From NCBI GenBank assembly GCA_949287655.1, contig CASEHD010000001.1, positions 73,345-137,344 on the forward strand: a stretch of 64,000 bases of DNA, in the 5' to 3' direction. Under the pieces are notes generated by a model, which was not told where the DNA came from, searched no databases, and saw nothing but the letters and a program-made list of their open reading frames with translations. Positions 18,160-27,619 of this stretch are shown here, piece by piece; position 1 is the stretch's first letter; the number at the start of each line of letters is the position of its first letter. Source of the stretch: an uncultured Christensenella sp. (GTDB taxonomy: Bacteria > Bacillota > Clostridia > Christensenellales > UBA3700). Both the position numbers and the translations under genes were made by a program.

Positions 18160-20829
18160 TCAGTTTTCCTGAATGTATCTGGTGCCGTCTGCACTGGTCT
18201 TCTTGACTCTCGGGTTCAGGATGTTTGCCTGAGCTGCCGCAAGTCTTGCGATCGGTACGCGGAAGGGCGAGCAGGATACGTAAGTGAGACCGATGTTGTG
18301 GCAGAATTCGATCGTCGACGGGTCGCCGCCGTGTTCTCCGCAGATACCCAGTTTGATGTCGGGTCTGGTCTTCTTTCCGCCTGCGATGGCGATCTGCATA
18401 AGTCTGCCTACGCCCACCTGGTCGAGCTTTGCGAACGGGTCGGATTCAAATATCTTCTTTGCATAGTACTCGTTCAGGAACTTGCCTGCGTCGTCACGCG
18501 AGAAGCCGTAGGTCATCTGCGTAAGGTCGTTGGTACCGAATGAGAAGAATTCCGCTTCCTTCGCGATCTCGTCCGCGGTAAGAGCCGCCCTCGGGATCTC
18601 TATCATCGTGCCGATGTGATATTCCATCGCGGTATTGTTCTCTTTGAGGACCTTCTCAGCGGTAGCTACGACGACGTCTTTGACGTACTTGAGCTCTTTT
18701 ACGTCGCCTACAAGCGGGATCATTATCTCGGGGATAACGCTGAAACCTTCGCTCTTGCTGACGTTGATAGCCGCTTCGATAACCGCTCTGGTCTGCATTT
18801 CTGCAATCTCGGGATAAGTAACGCTGAGACGGCAGCCTCTGTGACCCATCATCGGGTTGAACTCGTGCAGTCCTTCGACGGTCTGTTTGAGCTCTTCAAA
18901 CGTGAGCCCCATGGTCTTAGCGAGGTCTGCGATCTCCTCGTCCTTATGCGGAACGAACTCATGGAGCGGCGGATCCAGGAAACGTATCGTAACGGGTCTG
19001 CCCTTCAACGCCTTGTAAAGACCTTCGAAGTCGCTTCTCTGCATCGGCAGGAGTTTGTCGAGCGCTCTTCTTCTTTCGGTCTCGGTCTTGGAGACGATCA
19101 TCTCTCTGACCGCGGGTATTCTGTCTTCAGCAAAGAACATATGCTCGGTACGGCAAAGACCTATGCCTTCCGCGCCGAAGCCGACCGCTACTTCCGCGTC
19201 GTGCGGGGTATCTGCGTTGGTGCGTACCTGCAAAGCGCGGTTGAGGTCTGCCCAATCCATTATCTTTGCGAAGTCGCCGGTAACGCTTGCCTGCTGGGTC
19301 GGCAGCTTTTCAGCGTATATTTTGCCTGTGGAGCCGTCGAGAGACAGGTAGTCGTCTGCGGTAAACTTCTTGCCGCAGATATAAAGTATTTTCTTTTCTT
19401 CGTCTATCTTGAGATCGGGGCAACCCGCGACGCAGCACGCGCCCATACCTCTTGCGACGACCGCCGCGTGAGAGGTCATGCCGCCTCTTGCGGTCAGGAC
19501 GCCTTCCGCCGCGTACATACCTTCGATGTCTTCGGGGGAGGTCTCAAGTCTTACGAGGACGACTTTTTCGCCGTTCTTAGCCCTTTCGACCGCTTCTTCC
19601 GCGCTGAAAGATATCTTGCCGCAAGCCGCGCCGGGTGATGCCGGGAGACCGCTGGAAATCTCTTTGACCTTCTTCAAGGTCGCGGGATCGAAAGTCGGGT
19701 GCAGCAGCGCGTCGAGCTGTTTGGGCTCAATCTTAAGCAGCGCTTCCTGCTTTGTTATCATGCCTTCGTCGACGAGGTCGCAGGCGATTTTTATAGCCGC
19801 TTTCGCCGTTCTCTTGCCGTTTCTGGTCTGCAGCATGTAGAGCTTGCCCTGTTCGATGGTGAACTCCATATCCTGCATATCCTTGTTTTCCTGTTCGAGG
19901 CGGTTGGCGATCTTGACGAACTGGTCATAGACTTCCCTGTTGGACTCTTTGAGCTGATCTATCTTCATCGGGGTACGGATACCTGCGACGACGTCTTCGC
20001 CCTGAGCGTTCATAAGATATTCGCCGTACAGTCTCTTCTCGCCGGTGGACGGGTCGCGGGTGAACGCAACGCCGGTACCGGAAGTGTCGCCCATGTTGCC
20101 GAATACCATCGACTGGACGTTGACCGCGGTGCCCCAGCTGCCGGGGATATCGTTCATACGGCGGTAGACGATAGCGCGCGGGTTGTTCCAGCTGCGGAAG
20201 ACGGCTTTTACCGCTTCGATAAGCTGTACCTTCGGATCCTGCGGGAAATCGTCGCCCTGGTCTTCTTTATAGAATCTCTTGAATTTAGCTATAAGTTCCT
20301 GCAGATCCTCTGCGGTGAGTTCGGTATCCTGAGTGACGCCCTTCTCGTGTTTGAGCTCGTCGATGATCTTTTCGAAAGAACTCTTCGGAGAACCCATAAC
20401 GACGTCGGAGAACATCTGGATGAATCTGCGATAGCAGTCGTAAGCGAAACGCGGATTTTCGGTCTTTTTCGCGAGACCCTTGACGGAAATATCGTTGAGA
20501 CCCAGGTTGAGTATGGTGTCCATCATACCGGGCATGGAAGCTCTCGCGCCCGAACGGACGGATACGAGGAACGGGTTTTCCTCGTCGCCGAACTTTTTGC
20601 CGGCCTCTTTTTCAACTTTTGCGAGCGCGTCGAAGATCTGGTCGATTATATCCTGAGAGATCTTTTCGCCGTCGTCGTAATATTTGGTACAAGCCTCCGT
20701 AGTAATGGTGAAGCCTTCCGGAACGGGCATGCCCCAACTCGTCATCTTCGCCAGATTTGCACCTTTTCCGCCAAACAACGCCTTATTATCGCCGTCGGCT
20801 TCTTTGAACAAATAGACATATTTTGTCAT
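18160..20829 (-). CDS. ppdK: Pyruvate, phosphate dikinase (889 aa from MTKYVYLF)
   Basis: It has the PPDK N-terminus (FGGKGANLAKMT), the phosphohistidine region (GGMTSHAAVVARG) and a PEP-utilising C-terminus (GICGEHGGDP). The start is trimmed to the ATG at 20827-20829, behind AGGAGG. Confidence 0.95.
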   Translation of the reverse strand: MTKYVYLFKEADGDNKALFGGKGANLAKMTSWGMPVPEGFTITTEACTKYYDDGEKISQDIIDQIFDALAKVEKEAGKKFGDEENPFLVSVRSGARASMPGMMDTILNLGLNDISVKGLAKKTENPRFAYDCYRRFIQMFSDVVMGSPKSSFEKIIDELKHEKGVTQDTELTAEDLQELIAKFKRFYKEDQGDDFPQDPKVQLIEAVKAVFRSWNNPRAIVYRRMNDIPGSWGTAVNVQSMVFGNMGDTSGTGVAFTRDPSTGEKRLYGEYLMNAQGEDVVAGIRTPMKIDQLKESNREVYDQFVKIANRLEQENKDMQDMEFTIEQGKLYMLQTRNGKRTAKAAIKIACDLVDEGMITKQEALLKIEPKQLDALLHPTFDPATLKKVKEISSGLPASPGAACGKISFSAEEAVERAKNGEKVVLVRLETSPEDIEGMYAAEGVLTARGGMTSHAAVVARGMGACCVAGCPDLKIDEEKKILYICGKKFTADDYLSLDGSTGKIYAEKLPTQQASVTGDFAKIMDWADLNRALQVRTNADTPHDAEVAVGFGAEGIGLCRTEHMFFAEDRIPAVREMIVSKTETERRRALDKLLPMQRSDFEGLYKALKGRPVTIRFLDPPLHEFVPHKDEEIADLAKTMGLTFEELKQTVEGLHEFNPMMGHRGCRLSVTYPEIAEMQTRAVIEAAINVSKSEGFSVIPEIMIPLVGDVKELKYVKDVVVATAEKVLKENNTAMEYHIGTMIEIPRAALTADEIAKEAEFFSFGTNDLTQMTYGFSRDDAGKFLNEYYAKKIFESDPFAKLDQVGVGRLMQIAIAGGKKTRPDIKLGICGEHGGDPSTIEFCHNIGLTYVSCSPFRVPIARLAAAQANILNPRVKKTSADGTRYIQEN

Positions 20830-20859
20830 ATCAAACCTCCTGTTGTAAACTACAACAAT

Positions 20860-20888
20860 ATGATACAATATAGAACAAATTTTATCAA
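20860..20888 (-). promoter_or_regulatory. Putative SigA promoter of ppdK
   Basis: Minus strand TTGATA, a 17-nt spacer, then TATCAT. Confidence 0.45.
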
Positions 20889-20949
20889 GCGAAAAACTTA
20901 AAAAATATATTATACGCGCAAAATCAGATTTATATGTCTCTTTTAAAGT

Positions 20950-20972
20950 AAAAAGCGGGGTCGCCTCCCCGC
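20950..20972 (-). terminator. Rho-independent terminator after recO
   Basis: Minus strand GCGGGGaggcgaCCCCGC followed by TTTTT. Confidence 0.75.
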
Positions 20973-20997
20973 CGCAAACCGGATATCGCGCATTTTT

Positions 20998-21534
20998 TCA
21001 CAATCTCAGAAGCTCGTTCAAAGAATTGAGTTTTACGCCCAACGTCGAATAAAAATATCGCGAAAAGTCGGTTAAAGACATATCCCTCTCTCCGAACCCG
21101 AGAGCCGAGACCGCCTCTTTGAGAAATTTTTTCAATACACCGCGCGCGTCGACGTCTTCGTAGCAAAGACTTTTCAGCGCCCTCAGCGCCGCCGTGAAAA
21201 GATCGCCGATAAAATCCCCGTCCGCGGCAGTCTTGTCCAGCACTTCGAGCACGCAGCCGCCCGCGTAAAAGCTTTCTATATCCGCGGTCAGAGAGAAAAA
21301 ACCGTCGTAAACGTCGCACCCCGCGACCGTATACCTGCCGTTTTTCGCGGCAAGCCGGTAATTACCGAAGCAAAAAGGAGAAGCGCAAAATTTCAGCTTG
21401 GCTTTGGCGTTCTTTACGCCCTTTGCCGTCGCGGTTATCTTACCCTTCTCCGCACAATATAAGGTGATAAGTTTGTCGTTATCCTTGTAGTCGGTCGCCC
21501 TTATACAAAGCCCGTCAAGACTCACAATATCCAA
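20998..21534 (-). CDS. recO: DNA repair protein RecO, short form (178 aa, no zinc-finger region)
   Basis: It has an N-terminal OB-fold pattern (GLCIRATDYKDNDKLITLYCAEKGKITATAKGVK) and the conserved position after era-yqzL. The apparent start is TTG, behind GGGGTG. Confidence 0.75.
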   Translation of the reverse strand: MDIVSLDGLCIRATDYKDNDKLITLYCAEKGKITATAKGVKNAKAKLKFCASPFCFGNYRLAAKNGRYTVAGCDVYDGFFSLTADIESFYAGGCVLEVLDKTAADGDFIGDLFTAALRALKSLCYEDVDARGVLKKFLKEAVSALGFGERDMSLTDFSRYFYSTLGVKLNSLNELLRL

Positions 21535-21599
21535 AGTCGCACCCCGTCCGGCTTATCCCGTTTCGATCGCATAAAGCGAAATAACGCAAACTTCGCCGA

Positions 21600-21701
21600 T
21601 TATTCTTTTTCCTCGCGTTCAAGCGCTTTGAGCATCATATAACAGCCCGTTTCGCCGGTCGTTTCGAAAAGTTTTTTCAAGGTCGTCTTTAAATCTTGCA
21701 T
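21600..21701 (-). CDS. yqzL: YqzL-family small protein (33 aa; below the track length cutoff)
   Basis: The ATG at 21699-21701 follows the RBS GGAAGGTGA. The translation is MQDLKTTLKKLFETTGETGCYMMLKALEREEKE, which carries the F..TG....Y..LK..E pattern of YqzL. Its position between era and recO matches B. subtilis. Confidence 0.6.
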   Translation of the reverse strand: MQDLKTTLKKLFETTGETGCYMMLKALEREEKE

Positions 21702-21762
21702 GTTCACCTTCCGTAACTGGTATGCGTAACGGGAAAAATATTATACCCTTTGCAAAAAATTT

Positions 21763-22665
21763 TTACAGATTCTTTTTGTCGTACCCCAGTTCGCCCATAA
21801 CCGACCTGCTGTCGCGCCAGTCGGGTTTCACGCGGACGTAAAGGGTCAGGAATACTTTTGCGTCCAAAAGCTTTTCCATATCCATACGCGCGGACGTCGA
21901 TATCTTCTTTATCATCTCTCCGCCCTTGCCGATGACTATCGCCTTGTGCGCCTGCTTTTCGCAGATCACGTCGCAGTCTATCTCGACGACGCCGTCATCT
22001 CTCTCTTCAAACTTGTTGACGGAAACGCCGATCCCGTACGGCACCTCGTCGCCGAGGAGCCTGAGCGCCTTTTCTCTTACTATTTCCGAACAGAGGAATC
22101 TCAGACTTCTGTCCGTGTACATGTCCTCGGAATAAAAACGTTCGCCTTCGGGCAGAAGCTTCATTATCTCGTCTTCCAGCATATCCACGTTCTTGCCTTT
22201 GAGCGCGGATATCGGGATTATCGCGGTTATCCCTTCGACGTCCTTATACCTTTCGATCCGCTCGATTATCGCCTTTTCTTCGACCTCGTCGCACTTGTTG
22301 ATGACGAGAATGAACGGTGTTCTGCTCTTTGCGAAACGGTTGATATACGCGTCGTCGTGTTCGTCCGGTCTCTTGTCGCAAGCCAGCATATAGATCACCG
22401 CGTCCACTCCTTCGAGCGCGACGTCGACGCTTTTCATCATGAATTCGGACAGCATATTGCGCGGTTTGTGTATGCCCGGCGTATCGACGAGCACAGCCTG
22501 ATACTGCTCTCCGTCTATCTCTTTATTAACTATGCCGATGACCCTGTTGCGGGTGGTCTGCGGCTTTTTGGAAACTATGCTGACCTTCTCTCCCACCAGC
22601 GCGTTGGTCAGTGTGGATTTGCCGGAATTCGGTTTGCCGGCGATGGTTATAAATCCGGATCTCAT
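21763..22665 (-). CDS. era: GTPase Era
   Basis: It has the G1 motif GKPNSGKST, G3 DTPG and G4 NKCD, plus a C-terminal KH domain (VIGKGGEMIKKI). Confidence 0.95.
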   Translation of the reverse strand: MRSGFITIAGKPNSGKSTLTNALVGEKVSIVSKKPQTTRNRVIGIVNKEIDGEQYQAVLVDTPGIHKPRNMLSEFMMKSVDVALEGVDAVIYMLACDKRPDEHDDAYINRFAKSRTPFILVINKCDEVEEKAIIERIERYKDVEGITAIIPISALKGKNVDMLEDEIMKLLPEGERFYSEDMYTDRSLRFLCSEIVREKALRLLGDEVPYGIGVSVNKFEERDDGVVEIDCDVICEKQAHKAIVIGKGGEMIKKISTSARMDMEKLLDAKVFLTLYVRVKPDWRDSRSVMGELGYDKKNL

Positions 22666-22753
22666 TTTTACCTCCGCCGCTTGAAAAGCGGTGTTCGTAT
22701 ACTTTTTGCAGCGTTATTTTTTTACGCCCGTGTCCGTTATATGCGGTTTAACC

Positions 22754-23143
22754 TTATCTGAACGTATGAGGAAGAAGCTCAGATAACTTATGTTCTTCGA
22801 CCGCTTTGCCGTCCGTCGCAAGCACGTCAGGGTCGTCAGAAAACTCTGCGAGAAACTGCCTGCACGCGCCGCACGGATAAGGCATCTTTCCTCCTGCGGA
22901 ATATACGCAAATCGCCGATATCTTTTTCGCGCCGTCCGACGCCGCCTTCGCAAGCGCGACCCTTTCGGCGCACAGCGTAAGCGAATAAGACGCGTTTTCT
23001 ATATTGCAGCCGGAGTATATCTTTCCGTCCGCGGTGAGCACGGCAGCGCCGACCGCGTAACCGGAATAAGGGCAATACGCGTTTTCAGCCGCTTTCTTCG
23101 CCTCAGCGATAAGTTTATCCTTTACCTCTTCGTTCATTTTCAT
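22754..23143 (-). CDS. cdd: Cytidine deaminase
   Basis: The zinc-binding motifs CAERVA and PCGACRQ are present. The start is uncertain between the ATG ending at 23143 and the one ending at 23137, and AAGGAA lies upstream. Confidence 0.9.
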   Translation of the reverse strand: MKMNEEVKDKLIAEAKKAAENAYCPYSGYAVGAAVLTADGKIYSGCNIENASYSLTLCAERVALAKAASDGAKKISAICVYSAGGKMPYPCGACRQFLAEFSDDPDVLATDGKAVEEHKLSELLPHTFR

Positions 23144-23192
23144 TTCCTTAAAAAACGGCGGGCGCCGCATTACCGCCGTCCGCGCTTTAACT

Positions 23193-23675
23193 TTATCCGG
23201 TTATGCCGAGTCCTGACAATACGTCCTCTTCGACCTTTCTCATTTTGCGCTTATCCTCTTCTGTTTCGTGGTCGAAACCGAACAGATGACACAGCCCGTG
23301 AAGTACCAGATAACAGACCTCTCGCTTTACAGAATGCCCGAATTCAGCCGCCTGTTCTACCGCTCTTTCGGCGCAGAGGGCGATATCGCCGAGGATATAA
23401 TTTCCCGTTCCCGGGTCCTTATCCTCTTTGTGCGCGTCTTTGTCGAAAGGCAAAGTCACGTTTATCGCGGGAAAACTGAGTACGTCCGTCACAGCGTCGA
23501 CTCCTCTCGCTTTGTTGTTGAGCGCCTTTATCTCGTCCTTGCTCACCACCGTGAGTTCGGCTTCAAATTCATCTTTGAGACCGAGCGTCGCGAGCAGTTC
23601 GCACCATATCTCGTCGAGAACATCCGGGTCGATCTCCCCGTCCAGCAGATTTTCCTCGTCATAAACGCTTATCAT
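23193..23675 (-). CDS. ybeY: rRNA maturation endoribonuclease YbeY
   Basis: It carries the HGLCHLFGFDH zinc motif. Confidence 0.95.
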   Translation of the reverse strand: MISVYDEENLLDGEIDPDVLDEIWCELLATLGLKDEFEAELTVVSKDEIKALNNKARGVDAVTDVLSFPAINVTLPFDKDAHKEDKDPGTGNYILGDIALCAERAVEQAAEFGHSVKREVCYLVLHGLCHLFGFDHETEEDKRKMRKVEEDVLSGLGITG

Positions 23676-25121
23676 TTACCTTCTCTCCTTAGCCTTATTG
23701 TAATCTATACGCTTATGCATAGACGCGGGTATCGCGCGGCATATCGTCTGTTTGATGAGTTTGAGGTCGTGCATCGTGAGACCGCAGTCGTCAAGCTGCC
23801 CTTCCGTAAGGCGTGATTTTATAACGCCGTCTACCGCGTTTTCGAGCGCTTCCATATCCTCAGGCGGCTTCGCGCGGAACATTGCCTCGCATATATCGCA
23901 GATCATGATTATCGCGCTGTACTTGGTCGTCGGGCAAGGTCCGTCATAGCAGAATTCCTTGTCGTCGACCTCCCCTTCGGTAATGCTTTTGACCTTCATA
24001 TAAAAGTAGCTTACGGGGCTGTCGCCGTGATGTTCGAGCGCCGCTTTGCATATCTCCTCCGGCATATGCGCCGCCTTAAGCATTTCGTAGCCGGCTGTCG
24101 TATGCCTTGTGATCATGCTTACGCTGACCTCAGGTATAAGCTCGTCGTGCGGATTGTAGCCGTCCTTCTGATTCTCAATGAAAAACTGCGGATTCTTGCT
24201 CTTGCCTATATCGTGAAAATAACCGCAGGCGCGCGCCATATAAGGATTTATCCCGATCGCGACCGCGCAATTTTCCGCGAGATTGGCTACCGCCATGCTG
24301 TGGCTGAAGGTGCCGGGCGCGTCCTCGTTCAGCTTTTTGAGAAGAGGCTGGCGCATGGTTATCAGCTCCTGCAATCTGAAATCCGTCCACACGTTGAACA
24401 CCCTCTCGTAAAGCGGAAGGCTCGCCGTTATCACCGCTACCGCGAGCATATTGCCGATTGCGGTGAGCACCGCGTTGTTGAGTATTGCGGACGGGTCGCG
24501 CGTGTAGATTATCGTCATAAGCGCGCTGAACGGCATCATCGCAAGCGATACGATCAGCGCCCCCCACGTCAGTTTGAAGCGCGAATACCTCTTTCTGATG
24601 AGGAATGCCATTATAAAGCCGGAAAGCATCGCGATAAAGCTGCCCAAAACTACCGGCATCACCGCTTGCGCGTCCAGAAGGTACTCTGTCGCCGGCGAGA
24701 TCAGCATGACCGCCATGCCCGCGATTATCGTCGCCATTATGCCCACCCTTACGCGGATGAGTATGCCGACGATAAGGGACACGAACGAGAGAGGCAAAGC
24801 GTACCAGCTGAGGTAAGCCCCCGCCGCACACGAAAGAAGTATGCCGATGACTATACCCGTATACGCGACCGCGAGCAGCTTCGTATTGCTCATACTTTCT
24901 AGAGCCCTCGAATTCGCGCTGTAATTCAGATATACGTAAAATATCGCGAAAAGCACAAATACCGCGACCGTGAGCGCCGCAAACATCACGTATTCAGTAA
25001 ACACGTTGAGTTTTTTAAGCGTCATCATCATACCCGCCGCGACGGTGACCGCCGAAACGACGAAGAGTATGCACATTATCGCGGCGGTGCGCAATATCGC
25101 CTGTTTTTTCTCCTGAGACAT
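23676..25121 (-). CDS. 7TM-HD phosphohydrolase (PgpH/YqfF-like), lacking the large extracytoplasmic N-terminal domain
   Basis: Multiple TM helices are followed by an HD domain (HSMAVANLAE...GYFHDIGK). It occupies the conserved position between phoH and ybeY. Confidence 0.8.
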   Translation of the reverse strand: MSQEKKQAILRTAAIMCILFVVSAVTVAAGMMMTLKKLNVFTEYVMFAALTVAVFVLFAIFYVYLNYSANSRALESMSNTKLLAVAYTGIVIGILLSCAAGAYLSWYALPLSFVSLIVGILIRVRVGIMATIIAGMAVMLISPATEYLLDAQAVMPVVLGSFIAMLSGFIMAFLIRKRYSRFKLTWGALIVSLAMMPFSALMTIIYTRDPSAILNNAVLTAIGNMLAVAVITASLPLYERVFNVWTDFRLQELITMRQPLLKKLNEDAPGTFSHSMAVANLAENCAVAIGINPYMARACGYFHDIGKSKNPQFFIENQKDGYNPHDELIPEVSVSMITRHTTAGYEMLKAAHMPEEICKAALEHHGDSPVSYFYMKVKSITEGEVDDKEFCYDGPCPTTKYSAIIMICDICEAMFRAKPPEDMEALENAVDGVIKSRLTEGQLDDCGLTMHDLKLIKQTICRAIPASMHKRIDYNKAKERR

Positions 25122-26116
25122 TATTCGTTCTCCTCTGTTTTCTCCCCGCGCGCTTTTTCCGCCTTTTCATACGCGGCGACGATCGCCTGCACGAGCGGAT
25201 GACGGACAACGTCCTTCGCGGTGAGTTGTATTATAGCTATTTTGGGAATATCGTCAAGTATCTTAGAAGCGTGTATCAGACCGCTCATAGTCTCTCTGGG
25301 CAGGTCTATCTGCGTGACGTCGCCCGTAACGACGATCTTGCTGCCCTCGCCCATACGCGTCAGAAACATTTTCATCTGTTCCCTTGTCGCGTTCTGCGCT
25401 TCGTCGAGAATAATGAACGCGTCGGAAAGCGTCCTGCCTCGCATATACGCGAGCGGCGCGATCTCTATCGACCCCTTTTCTACCAGGCGGTTGAAGGTCT
25501 CCAGACCGAACATCTCCTGCAACGCGTCATAAAGCGGTCTCAGATACGGGTCGACCTTTGCGCCGAGGTCTCCCGGCAGAAAGCCCAGTTTTTCGCCCGC
25601 TTCGACGGCGGGACGGGTAAGGATTATCTTTTCGACCTCTTTGTTCCTGAACGCGAGCGCGGCGAGCGCGACCGCAAGGTAAGTCTTGCCGGTACCCGCC
25701 GGTCCTATCCCGAACACGATGCTGTTTTTCTGAATCGCTTCGATATAGACGGCTTGTCCGTAGGTCTTGGCGCGGATGGGCTTGCCCTTCGCGGTATGCG
25801 CGACGACTTTTGTCACGTCCTCGAGCTTATGCTCGCTGTCGTTGTCGACCGCATCTATAACGAGGTCTATCGCAGCTTTTCCGATATGTTCGTTCCTGTC
25901 TGCCTGTTCAAGAAGCGCGTTTACAACGCGGACGGCGCGCGCGACGTCTTTTTCCTCGCCGCATACGCTGAGCGAATCGCCGATCGCGTTTATCTTGACG
26001 TTCAGCACGCGGTTAAGATAAGATACGTTTTCGTCGAACTGCCCGAACAGCTTTATCACCGGCTCCACGTCGGTGACGTTGATCCTGGATGTAATTATAA
26101 TCACGCCTCCCTGCAA
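25121..26116 (-). CDS. phoH: PhoH-family ATPase
   Basis: It has Walker A GPAGTGKTYLA, ILDEAQN and TGDVTQIDLP. The start codon is uncertain: the track start is a TTG overlapping yqfD. Confidence 0.9.
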   Translation of the reverse strand: MQGGVIIITSRINVTDVEPVIKLFGQFDENVSYLNRVLNVKINAIGDSLSVCGEEKDVARAVRVVNALLEQADRNEHIGKAAIDLVIDAVDNDSEHKLEDVTKVVAHTAKGKPIRAKTYGQAVYIEAIQKNSIVFGIGPAGTGKTYLAVALAALAFRNKEVEKIILTRPAVEAGEKLGFLPGDLGAKVDPYLRPLYDALQEMFGLETFNRLVEKGSIEIAPLAYMRGRTLSDAFIILDEAQNATREQMKMFLTRMGEGSKIVVTGDVTQIDLPRETMSGLIHASKILDDIPKIAIIQLTAKDVVRHPLVQAIVAAYEKAEKARGEKTEENE

Positions 26117-27240
26117 CCGATAAGTTGCTCTACTTCATAGTATAATATAATTATATAATAATTGTCTACTTTTTTTTGATATTTATAGCTCCCGAGCACT
26201 GCCGCGGAATCGTCTAGCGACGCGTAAAGCCGGGCAAACGACGCGTAAACCTCGCTTTCGATATACGCTTCGTCCGTGGCTACTGTCCGCTTCTGAGTTT
26301 CATAATACCCGTAAGTCGCCAGAGAGTACGGCAGGACGCCGTTTATTCTCTTCTTCGTCTGCGTGACTTCGTATTCCTTAAAACCGTGTGCGCTTTTTGC
26401 CGGAATCACGAGCTTGTCGCCCAGATACAGCGCGGTCGAAACGTAACTCCTTCCCGTCCTTACCGTCACTTCGCGCACGGTCGGTATGAGCAGCTTTTCG
26501 GTATACCACACTCTGCCGTAGACATAACCTTTCGCGGCGGTCTCAATCTCTTTATGCCCGGGGTCGAGAGGGTCTCCTACGACTATATGGTCCTCTATAA
26601 GAACGTCTCCTTTTCTTACCGTGTCGCCCGCCTTTACGACAGCGGTGCCGCCCGTAGTTTCCACCCTCGTCACGATCGCGTCGACCGACGAATAAAGTTT
26701 GCCGCTCTCCTCTGTCGCGACCGGCTCAGGCAGCTGTTCTCTTACGTTTATAACCAGTTTTACGCCGTCGATATACGCCTCTGCAAACGCCACTTTGTCG
26801 TTTCCGTTTTCCACGGTATTCTCTATCTCTTCGAGGTCTATCGCGCTCTTTAACGCCGCTCCGTTCAAGCCCTCTTCTTTAAGCGCGGACAATATCTCGG
26901 AACAAACCGTCGGCGACGCGCCGGTGACGCTTACCGAAAACACGAAAAAGCGGGATACTACAAAAGATAACGCGACGACGAGCGCCGCGGCGACGACGCC
27001 CGAATGTCTTATCACGGCGCGTGCGCGCGACCCGAAATTCCTCTTTTCCGCGATAGAAAACAAAAGCCCAGCGCGGGCGGCAAAACGCCTTAATTCCCTC
27101 TCGCTTTCTTCATCGCAGACCGCCGTCAAGACCCTTTCTTTTCTTTCGATATCGGAAAGGTCTGCGCCGCCGTTTGCTGCCGCGCTCAGAAACGCCGCGA
27201 AGTCGGCTCCCTCCACCTTTATCTTAATTTTTTCTTTCAT
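26101..27240 (-). CDS. yqfD: Sporulation protein YqfD (379 aa)
   Basis: The size, the single central TM helix (VVAAALVVALSFVVSRFFVF) and the position after yqfC and before phoH all match YqfD. The ATG at 27238-27240 overlaps the yqfC stop (ATGA). Confidence 0.8.
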   Translation of the reverse strand: MKEKIKIKVEGADFAAFLSAAANGGADLSDIERKERVLTAVCDEESERELRRFAARAGLLFSIAEKRNFGSRARAVIRHSGVVAAALVVALSFVVSRFFVFSVSVTGASPTVCSEILSALKEEGLNGAALKSAIDLEEIENTVENGNDKVAFAEAYIDGVKLVINVREQLPEPVATEESGKLYSSVDAIVTRVETTGGTAVVKAGDTVRKGDVLIEDHIVVGDPLDPGHKEIETAAKGYVYGRVWYTEKLLIPTVREVTVRTGRSYVSTALYLGDKLVIPAKSAHGFKEYEVTQTKKRINGVLPYSLATYGYYETQKRTVATDEAYIESEVYASFARLYASLDDSAAVLGSYKYQKKVDNYYIIILYYEVEQLIGCREA

Positions 27241-27500
27241 TCCGACACCTCCACGCCGCATATCTCGCCGGCGACGTAATATTCGCCCGCCGCGCACGAA
27301 GTTATCGAGAGCTTTTTCCCCGTTATCTTCAGGACCCTTCTGCCGACCGCGAATTCAACGCGGTTTTCGTCGTAATATATTATCCTTTTCGCGCCCTCGA
27401 CAGACGCCGCGCGCGGACCGTACATAGTAAACAAAAATGTCGCCAGTCCGTCTTTAAGCGCTCCGTCGAATTTTTCGGCGAGTTCGTCCCTGTACGCCAT
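27237..27500 (-). CDS. yqfC: Sporulation protein YqfC (YabP/YqfC family)
   Basis: An 87-aa protein with the YabP-like beta pattern (ENRVEFAVGRRVLKITGKKLSI), immediately upstream of yqfD. Confidence 0.8.
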   Translation of the reverse strand: MAYRDELAEKFDGALKDGLATFLFTMYGPRAASVEGAKRIIYYDENRVEFAVGRRVLKITGKKLSITSCAAGEYYVAGEICGVEVSE

Positions 27501-27533
27501 ACCCGTTCTCCCGCAATGAAATAAGTCTTTTCA

Positions 27534-27562
27534 AGTATATGCGGTATAACGGGATAAAATGA
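27534..27562 (-). promoter_or_regulatory. Possible sigma-E-type sporulation promoter of yqfC-yqfD
   Basis: Minus strand TCATTTT-N14-CATATACT resembles the mother-cell sigma-E consensus (tcATAtt-N14-CATAcaaT). yqfCD is sigma-E dependent in B. subtilis. Confidence 0.3.
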
Positions 27563-27587
27563 AAAAGCAGGCGTTTTCAGCCTGCTT
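27562..27587 (-). terminator. Rho-independent terminator after dnaB
   Basis: Minus strand AGCAGGCtgaaaacGCCTGCT followed by TTTT. Confidence 0.8.
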
Positions 27588-27619
27588 TCGCTTTATGCTC
27601 TTTTATCGCCGATGCGCGT

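Noticed and set aside
20830-20868. N-terminal extensions in the longest-ORF track. Examples are ppdK to 20868, comM to 59773, the EIIC-like gene to 32349, phoU to 2150, yqfD to 27297, yraN to 63004 and the small membrane protein to 34947.
   Set aside because: In each case an internal ATG preceded by a good Shine-Dalgarno sequence coincides with the conserved protein N-terminus. The extension also overlaps the upstream gene, a promoter or a terminator. The track also counts TTG and GTG as Met.
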